Source: Pavona decussata
Lineage: Eukaryota
DNA length: 64,000 nucleotides
Assembly (NCBI GenBank): GCA_977016875.1
Contig: CDRNST010000186.1
Location: 2,542,001-2,606,000, forward strand
Direction: 5' to 3'
Below the pieces are notes generated by a model. The model was not told the origin of the DNA. It searched no databases and saw only the letters and a program-made list of their open reading frames with translations. Below, one piece after another: positions 47,801 through 60,000 of the stretch (its first letter is position 1; every line of letters begins with the position of its first letter). Both the position numbers and the translations under genes were made by a program.

Positions 47801-49145
47801 ATGTCTTTGACTCTATTTCATTTCCTGTTTTGAAACCCGATTCAAAGACACTTCCGGTAAAATGTGTTAGCCAATCAGATTTCGATTTGCTGGATTTTGA
47901 CATTGATTAGCCCAGAAGTCTTGCTTCCTTGGTGCTGACCAAAAGGAACGCAGCCTCTGGGAACGAGATTGACTAGAGACAAATAATCCGTGTGGAAGAA
48001 CTTGAGCAAGCATAAATACCGAAATGTTGTAAAACATTCAGTTGTAAAAAGCTAACACACCTGCAACAACGTCTACAGATTTGTTTGAAGGCCCACAATA
48101 AAGGACTTGCGGAGGAGCCTTTTTTGGAGGAGTGGCCTTCTGTTTATTTATTTGCGAAAACCAATAGGCAATGTGCACTCCAGTCATGGTCTTTCCAGTT
48201 CCTGAAATGGAAATGGTTAAGGTAACACCTTTCAGGAACATTGTCCAGAGAGTAACTGTTGCTTACTTTATCATTTTACTAAGCAGCTTCAGCAATTCAT
48301 GCTGAAGTTTCAGGGCGTTTGCGCAAATATCAAAACATTTATTCAGGTTTAACGTCGCCGCGGGCAGAATCCCCCCTCCCCCCCCCCCCCCCTCACCGGT
48401 CTAGACGACGGAAATGATGGAAATGTATGTCTAAGGATGCCCACCAAGGATACCAGCATTACATGTGCCAACCAAATGCGAATTAGCAAAAACAATGGCA
48501 ATTACTCATTTACATTCGGTTCGGCACATATAAAGTTCGACTTTTGGACCAGGCCTTGTAGTGTTTTGGGGTAAGGTAGGTTAGGGGGATCTGAGGGGGA
48601 TGGTATATAAAAACGACTTTAAAGAGGAACTTACATAGGAAAGAGAGTCAACATTCATAAATGGTAAGTAAAACAATTCTCTTTCATTTTTATGGGGAGG
48701 GTGGGGAATGGGGCATCTGAAGAAATAATATTTACAGAGGCAGAGGGAGCCGTGCAAAAACTTCACGTGGAAATTGGTGGTCTCGACACGCGTAACATAC
48801 GGACTAAGCCCTCCACGAGACTACCTGTGTCGTCATTATGGAGGTGTTTATTATGCTGCCACCAAAAAAACACAACTCTTTGTCCGAATTACAGGTGTAG
48901 GCAGAGTAACGATGATAGGTGCCTCATCAGGATCAAAGTAAACCGGCAAATTTGTAAATTTGTTCATCCACAAATTCAAATCAATTTCTGTTTGAACTCA
49001 CCTGGTGGGCCTTGAATAAGAGAAAAACGTTGTCGCAGAGATTGTCCGACAGCAGCGACTTGTAAATTGTTAAGCGTTCTGAGGTTACAGCCAGCTACAT
49101 GGTCTGCAATCGAAAGTCTGTCACTCGGTAATCTAATGCGGCGAT
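32876..49145 (-). CDS. Gene B helicase domain 2 (UPF1-like), 8 exons
   Basis: LNNLQVAAV..LIQGPPG|TGKT, CGPSNKSVD, CIVDECGM, IGDHMQLQP, LEEQYRM|H, VLSPYRAQ, QSQG|SESDFVIISLVRS, GFVTDEHQINVALTRAKRGLCIIG|NKNLL..WP stop. Exons 34619-34786, 32876-32979 and 49002-49145 were found by hand. Confidence 0.9.
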
Positions 49146-50954
49146 CTAAGGATAAAAAATATAACCTTTAATCTGGAATAGCCGTTCCCCTTCCTGAGCC
49201 GTCTATTGATAGAACTCTAATCTATCTACGAATCAAAACATTTAAGTTTAATTTTAATCCTAATAATGTTAACCGTTAGAGTAAATGCAAGGTTGATACG
49301 CTCTGACGATGGTGTAACGGTGGGAACGCCAGCTATTGTATCTCGTGATGGCGGTCAATTTACCTTATCAACTCATTTGATAAAAAGACAAATTTTGGAT
49401 TGGAATTAGTTAGAGCTACCAGTATTAAATTACTGTAGAGCATCAAGCATAAGAAATGGATTAGACAATTGTAATTAGCAATGGTTCCACTTATGGTTCG
49501 GATTAGCGACAACAGTCTAATTAAGGATAAAGAACATGACGTGTACGGTTGTAAATTAGCTGACTAACCGCTTCTTACCAGGCAGTTGTAACGCATTCCC
49601 CAGACAAATGTTATGAGCAAGAGGAGTGAGATCCCCTGATTGTTCCATATGTGGCAGTTTTATTAAAGTTGAAATCATTCGTCTGGCAAGTTAAAGAACA
49701 GACAATTTGTTATTGATTGGTTGGGTATTGAACTTTCATTACAGAAAGTCCACTGTGTTGCCATTGTCTGATTTTAACATTAATTACTTGCAAATTGAAC
49801 AAAACAACAAGTCCTCATATAATCTTGAAGCTATAAAATGGGGCAGAACATACAGGGGGAAAAGGAAAGAGGACAGACATCCTTGTGACTCTCAGTGTCA
49901 ATAAAACTGGAAAACTACTAGAGCTATTTGATTCCAAAGGCATTCCAATATATTGTAATGTATTCCCCTTCCAAAAAACAAATTTATTGAATTTACGTTT
50001 GCTAAAAGGTCACAAAAAATTACCTCGAGGGGATAGTCTGCTTTATTATCTCCAGCGTACAAGTCCGACTGTTTCCATTTGCAAGACCTTTAGGGACTTT
50101 CATTGAGTTTTGGAAAACCCTCAGCGTGTATTTCGTCAGTGATTCTTCAGCAAGATGAAAGATACAATGGCCCACCCAATAGCTCTTCCCGACCGAGCTT
50201 TCCGCACATTCCTTGTCGTCACTTTTACTTGCATTTGCATTGTGGTTTTCAGAGGCCATAGCGAATGCTTGCACATCTACGGCTTCCTTTCCCATTTCTT
50301 TGCAGAAGTCATGTTTTCTATCTGATGGCTCAGGGTTCGACAGACAGCCTGAGGAGGGCGTTACACAACGAACTTTTACACAAGCGTAATCACCAGGAAT
50401 GATCTGTATCTGCCTCGTTTTGCAAAAGTTATCGTTAAGTTGAAACTCGCCGAAAATGCCACCACCTTCATCTTTTCTCCAATTCACTTCAATGTCTTGC
50501 AGAATTATGGTATCGTCGTTCCTTACGGCCACGGTTGCAGCTTCCATTTCAAGCACCGGCCTCCAAAGATAAACATATCTATTGATAGTCCGATAGCTTG
50601 GTTGGGACGCTTTGTTTGATGCAGCAGTTGAAAAGCATTTATCGGCAAGCTTCCTATGTTCAAGGCAGACGTCAATTCCAGGTGCGAGATTGAAGAGCTG
50701 AATTTCGGGTGACATTAGACCTCCAGAGTCGTTTGCTGAAAGTTGCACGGTGACACTGTCGGAAACGTTTAACACAAGGGACGTCTCAACGAAATGCACC
50801 GACGTATCATACTGTTCATTGGAAGGTAAAATTTCTTCCCCTTCTTTGTCCACGTCTTTGTCTTCCTCATGACTATCAATCTCACCATCAAAGTACTCAT
50901 TATCCTCCCCATTACTACAGTCAGGGTTTTCCTCATCCTCATCACCATCATCAA

Positions 50955-51003
<49 letters not shown>

Positions 51004-54000
51004 TTCTTCTTCTTCTTCTTCTTCATCTTCTTCTTCTTCTTCATAGCCTTCTTTTAAAAACAGTTCACAATTTCGTCTTTCTTCCTCTCTTCTTAATCGT
51101 GACATCTCTTCCCTCTGGTCAGCAATTATTTCATCCAAATCCTTTAAGCGTTCGCTTAGTTTGCTCTCATCACCTGATTTAACTGCGTATAAGACCTCCA
51201 GCCAACGGTGGCTTGGAATGTAGTAACCTTTTTCGCTGACAGAAAACAAACTCTGAATTCTGATCCGATCTTCGCGGAGATGTCTCTCTGGGTTTCTACT
51301 GCGCTTCGCGCGTCTGACATTTTCTGTAGAAGCGTCGTAGATTCTAAGCTTCCACTTTAGCTCTAGGCATCTGGAAGTTTCGTCAATCTGTGGTTGCTCA
51401 ATTGGGCCAAGGTGGCTAATCTGAATTCGCCTCTGTTTCTGTGAAAGAAATTGGTTTAAATCAGATAAAACTTGCAGCTGAATGAAATCTTCTTCGATCA
51501 TTTCCACGATGGCGGAGAACTCACAACTTCCTTCACTGAGTTTTACAGCAACTTCAACTCGGGCGCAATCTTTTTCAAACTTGCTTGATTTGTCAGAAAG
51601 AAATGCGCACCTACGATAAACAGTGGGTATATCGTCGGGTACCAGTTCTCGGCCATCAGTCTCAAGCAACAAACGATGAACTACAATGTCAAGATACCGA
51701 CGAATTGGAGAGGTGAAGCGAGTGTATTCATGAACATTCAAAGACCAGTGCTTTCTGTCATCCGTCTGCACTTGAGCAGCTATAACATCTTCAGCTCCTC
51801 TTTGCAAGGAGTTAAAAAACGAATGCGCGACTGCCAGTTGGGGATAGATGTTATCATTACAAATCCAAAGTTTCAATTCCCTCTTATCCGGTTTGCGGCG
51901 AGCTTTACAAATAAGGCTCCACGTGGGGGATGGCAGAAAGAACTTCTCCACGCATTCAACTTCTTCAGACAAATGCCTGTTGAGGGAAAGAGACAGCCTG
52001 GCACAATTTCCGAAACTCCCTTGCCACTCATTAAGTTTGCGCGTCTTCGGGGGACGCTGGATTCTCAGCGGTGACAGGTCAGCTTTCGTTCTCACAAGGT
52101 GCTTTGCTACAGCAGTGTTGGCCAGGATCATCATTTCCTCTACCAGCTCATGAGCCTCAACGTCCTCCTTTCGGTCTGCATGGTCGAAGTGAAAGTACGA
52201 TCCGTCAGACAGACGCAATTTTCTTCTTTTCTGGGCTAAGGAGTTTAGCATGCGGATACTTTCTTCGATCTCCGAAGTCAGTTGTCCATCTTCGCGCCTA
52301 CAATGAACAGTCTTTCCAAGTATGACCTGCTGTGCTTGGGAATACGTCAAACGACACTGCGACTTCACAATGGATCTACAAAATTCAAGCTCCTCTCCTC
52401 CCTGAATACAACCAGTTTGATCCAACGTCAGATAAACGGACACTGTCAGTCGATCTTGATTCGGCAAAAGACTGCAAATGTCATGGCTTAACGCCACGGG
52501 AAGCATAAGGACGTCTCCAAGTCGACTACCTCCAAAGTACGAGGTACCTCTTCTCTGGGCCTCACGATCGATTTGACTCCCCACTGGAACAAAGTATGAC
52601 ACATCGGCAATATGAATTCCGACTTTACAATATCCATTCTCTAACCTTTCGATTGTCAATGCATCATCGAGAGCTTTACTTCCGGGAGGATCAATTGTGA
52701 AGGCGTTCTTTGCCAGTGGACGGCTATTTCTTTCGTGAGGGATACTTGACCACCTCTCTGTGAATCTTTCTAACTCTTTGCAAACGTCTCCTGGAAATTC
52801 GTCTTTAAGTTTATATTCAGCTTTAAGAACCTTGAATGCGTCAGAAAGATCATTTCCCTTTCGAAACGCCTTCGTCACTATGCCAAGAGGATAAGGGAAT
52901 TCTAGTCTCCATTGTAAATATTGTACGACAAAGAAGAATTTACCGCTCAAAGCTTCTTGTAGGGGAAGGGTTTTCACACGCACTGCTTTTTCATCTGAAC
53001 CGGGTTCAATTTTTCTGTAAATTGGAACTCCCTTACAACTTTCATCGGTCAGGTTAGCGATTGGTGTCATTGACTTGTTGATGGGATACATTATCCGTGG
53101 GTTATCCCTGGAAATTGTGCATACAAACTGTCGCTCACGAAGATTGATCGCATGGTGGCGAACACCACAGATTTTGCCCTTCAGTCCTTCAGAAGCACCT
53201 GTAAGTTCCGAGGAATCACTCGAAAGCTTCTGGGATAACTTAACTACCACGACGTCACGATCAAATGTCTGGCGTGTGTCTCCTTCTATTATGATATCTT
53301 CACTCTCGGCATCAGGTATCTCACCACACAAAGTTCGTGCTTTGTCGAAGGTAACTCTCAACGTGCATTCACGATAGAGCTCAGGTTGTTGTTGAAGCAA
53401 GCGATCAAGATAATCCTGTTGTAAACATTCTTGGTTTTGCACTTTAGGGGAACGAACAAGGCGTTCTGTTCTTTCGCTGTATTTATAATCTATGTTTACC
53501 AGAAAAATCTTGGTTTTGCCTTTCTTTGTTTTCATTTTTATGTCTTCGTGAACTATTTTGTTTTCTGTGGTATTGGAATCTAATCTTTTCCTGCTTCTCG
53601 TGGCGTTTTCAGGTAAGGGATCTATCTCGTCCTTGTCTTGCTCTGCATTTTCTCTAGATTCTGCCTCCTTTGCTTCCTCTTTGCTTTTTGTTTCATCTCT
53701 AATTTTCCCTTTCACCTTCATTTCTTCGCACTTATTCTTCAAGGCTTGGATGATAGGATCAATATGCCGTGGGGGGACAGTTTCATCCACGTCTTCATAT
53801 TCTGCAAAATCGTCAGCACTACCTAGGCCGTCACTCATGGACATTTCGTCACCAGCATCGTCGGATTCAGATGCACAATCATGTTCACTCCCGGCTTTCT
53901 CAGCTAAATGGCTTTTTGCTTCAAAAGAAAAGTCGTTTTTCTTTTTTGTGTCATTTGGATCATCCTCCTTGGGAAGTAAAGAAGAATTGGAGTAAGGCAA

Positions 54001-57000
54001 ATCACTTACATCCGAAACAGACGGTTGACCGGTCCCTGATGGTACAAACTCGGCAGCGTTGACATTGAGTCCACTCTCGGAAATGCTTTCTTCGAGCTCG
54101 TAGTGTTCAAAGCCAAACATTTTCCCTTCCTGACTACATCGCTTGATGAATTCCTCCCATAAACCTTGGCAATCACCAACAGTTCTTAAGGAAAATGGAT
54201 CTCCAACCACTGCGATGAGAGATTGCGCTCGAGTGAGAGCAGTGTTGAGCAGCTTGGGGTCTGATAAAAAGTACAGGTAAGGGCTGTCACTCTCATCTGT
54301 TCCGGAACCCTGCTTCCCCACGCAAGTGTGGAACGTTCGAACTGTGCTTACGAAGAGAGCTCGGAACTCTTTTCCTGATGGAAATTTAACAAATGGAGGT
54401 CAATGTTGACAGTGAAGTAGGAATAGCGTTCAACATTTAAATTTTTTTTTTAAAGAAGCAAATTATAGTCAGCAGCGTGATATAGACAAAAGCTTTGATA
54501 ATAACCGATATATACAAATTTTAAATACTGGACCTCGATCAAGGTTGCATCTTATTCATTAAATACTTCTCCCTTTGCTCACAAATTGTACTAATATATT
54601 CCGAGTCAATTTACCTTGAATGTTTTCAATAGTTTCAACGTCTACAGCTCCAAGACCAATTTTTCTGAGGCCATCTCGAATTGTTTTGACCTATTTAAAA
54701 GGAATAAAAGTAAATCAGTGAGGCAGTTATATCCTTGCGGCCGCGTACAATAAGGACAATTTAGTTGGTCATAGACAGACCGCTCGTTGGGTTGTTTCAG
54801 TTCAACAGTTCAGTACAGAGCCCAGAAAATTACAAGTGGAACAGGCTGCTCGTGTCAGTAACCTTTGGCAACCTATGGTAGATCCTCTACCCGTGGAAAC
54901 TTTGCACTACAGCGCAGACTTCTTCATAGCAAGGACAGGCCGCTTTTAAGTTCCCCTTTATAGTCATCGCTGTCATCATTATCATCATCATTATGGATAT
55001 CTTTAATTTTTGTCATTATTATCTTTATTACTACCTTTAAAGACATTCAACTGTTATCGATCCTATGCGTGGAAGGAATCGCTTTAAAATTAAATTTCCA
55101 TCGCCAACCACTTGTTATTTAACCTTTTCTCGATTAGCCAAAACACAATTCGCGCATCTTGAGTGAAAGATACTAACAACTATCTTCCTGTAGTGCTGTT
55201 GTTTGATAGATTATATTACGAACTTAACGTTCAGAAAACTTGTCGCTAAGAAATGTTGCATGAAGACTGAGAATTGGTGGTTATATGTGTATGCGTATCG
55301 TACTGACCTGATAGCTATATGATGAAACGACTGCTATTTGTTTAAGATTCTTCGTACCCCATTCTTTCGGCCAGCAATCGCAAAGCTCCTTCACTCGCTT
55401 TACAACTTCGTTAACCTCTGCTAAGTTACGATATGACGCATGGCTCTCTTCGATCTCTTCTTTGCCAAGAGCGGAATAGAACACAAGTGGACCAAACTGT
55501 GGGTGAAGAGGTTGGTCACTACCAGAGGAAAGCTCACCACCGTAAAACATGTCGGACGAGAACTGAAGCACCTGTTTGTTTGAGCGGTAGTTTTCTGTCA
55601 GCAAAATAAGATGGGGATCTAGTTTTGACCCGTCTTCACGTCTTTGATAATCGTAAAAGAGTCTTTCCTGTAAGGAAACTTGGAATCCCCACTTCTTTGC
55701 TTGAGGAGAGAACACATCGGGACTCATCTAAGAATGACAAAAGGCAGCATTTCATTGCATCTAATGCACAAAGTGGATACTATTCGTAAATATGGGGATG
55801 ATCGAATAATCAGGGTAGAATACTGATTAGTGGATTAAAAACTAGCACCATTGATTCGTCCACTAATAAAAACATGGCTAGATGACTATTCATGGTAAGA
55901 CGAAACATATGACTAAAAAGGTTTTTCTGAGGAAATTCACTGAAGTTGATAACCAAGACATATTTTTTGAAATTAATCTGGAATCTGCAATCAAATTCTC
56001 TCACCGATGCCCAAAACCTGCTCCACAAGCTCCGGTGAGCTGCAAGACTTTTAGAAAAAGATATTTACAGATGCAAAGAGATCGTATACCTGCATGTGGT
56101 CTCCCGTGAAAACCACTTTGGTATTATTCCCTGCTAGGGTGAGTGGCGCTAATGTCTCCGTCTCCAGCGCTTGTGCCGCCTCATCAATAAGGATGTGTGA
56201 AAAAAATCCTCGATGAAATTCCATGTCAAAAAGAGCTCGGGACATGCCCAGAGTAGTTACAACAACCCGGTGACGTATCACGTCTTCACGAGTTGGAAGT
56301 CTGAAGGCTTGCGCTGGCGTACCTTTGTCTGCAATGAGACAATACTCCTTCACCGTGTCAGAAACAGTGGCCAGTTTGCGGAAAGGTGTGTAAATCCTTA
56401 AAGGTCTACATGCTGTTATGCCGTGATCATGTTTCAGGTAGTGGTTCAGTAGTTCCACATGTATATCCGCAGCGCTGTTTGAGTGAGTGCAGATGAGCAC
56501 CCGGTTGTTTTGGTTTACTGAGATACGACGAATGGCTTGATTTAGCGTGAACGTCTTCCCAGTGCCAAATGGACCGAATACCACGAGGGGAGGCGCATCA
56601 ATCGCGGGAGCGGATATTTTCTTAATAATTTCTCTCTGATCCTCGTTTAATTTTGAGTCAAGAATCCATAGGAGATGTTGAATCTGAAATGAATGTAAGA
56701 CGACGTTTAGTTGGATAGCCAAAGAATTTAACGCTGTAAAAATAAAATACCTAATACGAATTTGGCAGTTTTTAAGACGGGACCGGAACAATGAAGCCCG
56801 CCTTAGTTGACATGTTTCCTAGAAGTATCGTCTTCAAACAATGCAATGGACCTTTGAGATTACAAAAACACCCATCACAATAATTTACATTGGAATGTAT
56901 TAAGTAAACGTCATTTTTATCCAAAGGCTTACATTTTTCTCATATTTGTCATCTCTAAACTACTTACAAGTTCTATACCTGCTAAACGTAAAAAGTACCT

Positions 57001-60000
57001 TCTCTTCCTCTACATCACTGCTGAGTCCCGGAAACAGAATACGGGAATGTTCTGGTCCCAGCCTATCAATGTTGTCATGCATCTCACACAGAGGAAGTCT
57101 GTTGATGTGGAACTGGACGTCCACCGTCACGAAAGTGTTATTTGCCAACTCCAAGTCTTTACAGCATCGTTCAGACAGTTTTAATATGACTCTACTGTCC
57201 TCCACCGAGTCTACCAATGCTTCATAGACCATCGAATCTTTTTGGTTTTTTGCTATTAGCACTGAACCCATGCTTCTGAAAAGATTCCTCAACAAGAGCC
57301 TTCCTTGAGCGTCATCAGGTGTTATCGGGTTCGAAACGTGAAAAGAGCCATACAACCAACCTTCCTGGGCACACAAAACCTCTTCTTTTTTCACAACCAG
57401 TTTTGTAGCATGCAAATGTACCTCCTGTGCGTTGAAACTGCAAAAGAGGTAATTAAAGGTTTATTTTAAAGTTTGCTTAAGCTCCATAATGACCTTTTCA
57501 ACATTAACGGCAGTCAAACGTAAAAATAAAGATAAAGATAAAGTAAAGATACTTTGAGAGCTCCAAGCCGATAAGATTTTTGTGAGTCTTTGAGCTTACT
57601 AAATCACTTTACGATTTACTTAAAGAGTTTCAAGTTATTGTTTTTTTCAAGTGAATTATTTAGAGACTGTTTCGGGGCTTTGTGTATGTGTTCACTGTTT
57701 AAAATGAAGTACGGAAAACCTATTAATCTAATGGTTCCTTGACCTTTTTTCAGTAAATCGTAAAACGAATTAGTAAACTAACAGACACAAATCAGATTTG
57801 AGCTTTCAAAGTAAAAACCTTATCTTTACATAACGGGCTTTCATTACGTTTTACGTTTCATATAATTATAATTTATGCACCCGTTGTAATGTTTACGTGG
57901 GGTGGAAGGATCGACCGACAGAGCGACTGCCCATATCAAGCTTTGCCTTTACCCGAATTTTCGCCCTAACTACGATAACTCGTTTCAACGTTAGGCGCCT
58001 TAACAAGCTACAAACAAGGTATTAATTATTCAAATTTGGTCTGGTTACTCCGTCCGTATTCGTTAAAAAGATAAACCTGAGTGCAGCCACATTACGTGAA
58101 AAACTTAACGAAAAGGTTCAAGCTGCCGTCAAAACCAGTTGACCTCTTCAGTTTCTGCCATTGCTGATCAGATACAGCTCAAAAATTATTTCTAAAGTAC
58201 AATGTTTACCTGGCAATTTGTTTGCGGATGTAAAATTCCTCGACAAATAATAGTTGATGCATGACATCCTTGTAATTTTTCGGACTCAAGCCTTGTGACT
58301 TGTCAAGAAGAGGACACGGCACAATATCCTCTGCTTTTGGTAACTTGTATTTATCGATCAACTGGTCATTGTTAAATACTGCTGGTCGTTTAGGTTCGAA
58401 TTTGACAATTTCACGTGATCCGTCATCCCACAGTGTCCAATTCAAATCCAACTTGGACTTCTCTTCAACAAATTCTTGAAGAAATTCTTGGCTGCCAACC
58501 TCGATATTCATTTTCATTGCGAGATGAGAAGATTCATTTCCAAAATCCAGGACTAAGACTTGCGCAAAGCTTCCAAACACCGGAGTAGAGAAAGACACTT
58601 TGATCTCTACCTCGCAACTTCCTTGCAATGAGCGCATATAAGGTTTCACTTCGTAGTGGAACTCATCATTCAGGACTTCAGTCTCTGGAGATTTCACTTT
58701 CATTGGCTCACCGTTAGGGGTTGGCACAGTACACTCAAATCTAACGCTAGAAAGAGTGTAGCATCTGTGGTACTGTGGGAGGAGCACAACATCTTGAAGA
58801 TGGCCAGTGTCACTCGACTAGGTAGAAAACAACGGACTTCCGTTAATGTAATGTATAGAAGACTAATTCATGGTTAACATAAGCAAAAGACATCATTTTC
58901 CTGGAAAAATGATACCTTCCATCACACGTTGGTTTAAAAACGACATTTTTCAAGTTGAGAGTTAAGGTTTCCTGTACTTGTAACCTCTAAACCATCAAAT
59001 TTTGCTGCGTCAGCTTCACGTTTTGTGACACCTAATTGAAGAGAACACCTGGCCTAATGCTCTAAACATGGTCCAAATAAATTGTTTCAGCTTAAATGTC
59101 ACCTGAATTACAGGCTGCAAACAAAATTCACAGTGGGTATAAGATAATTAATTTAATACTGCATTCAGTATAAACGCTGTACAATGCACATAACCAGATG
59201 TCCCCCAAGTTTATCTTATGTTATGTTATCTTATCTTTATCTATTTATTTCATCATTAAGTGTACATTAAATTTATAAATATATTAAACGCATAAATACA
59301 AAGAAATGCAACTTCTTTTACTAAATACACTGGACCACGGGTAGCGAAAACTAATCGAAGCGGACAGAGTAAGACAAGAAGAAGATATACAATATATTTA
59401 AGAGACACTAAGTCGTAGCTAAGATGACGTCTCCTGACGATCCCATGCAACATACCTGATACTCGTTATTATGTAACTAAAGAAAAGGGTAGAAGTATTT
59501 AATCTTCTTCAAACTACATTTGTAAGCCTAACTTTACAACCTTCTTTTCATCGTTAGACTGGTAGCCTTTATTTATCGCAGTACGCCTGAAATTCTAGTT
59601 TAGAGTCCAACCTCGTATGAAACATGCACGGTCCAGTTGTACGATGTTTCGCCCTTGCTGTCCAGTGGTATCTGTAAAGAGACATTCAGATCCTTGGGTT
59701 CACAAGACACGGTCACTCCTTGAACACTGGAGACAAGGTCGTCAAGCTTAAGGCAAATAAAGAAAAGACAAACAAAAGAAATAAACGAACAAATAATTAC
59801 CATTAAAAAAAAGTACAAAACTCGCTGTCCGTATTTTGCAAATGAACGCATGTATCATCTTCATCCTTTAAAGCTAGAGTGGTTCTATTTCAGTTGGCAG
59901 AATTAAGAGGTACGTAGGTGAAAGACAGATATTCAATTTAGCGTAAAAAAGTTGACATGTAAAGGTTGAAATTTATCAAATAACTAATAAACACTCCTCA

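Noticed and set aside
50769-51057. Poly-K/M and poly-I/F ORFs
   Set aside because: Alternative frames of the GAA/GAT coding repeat.
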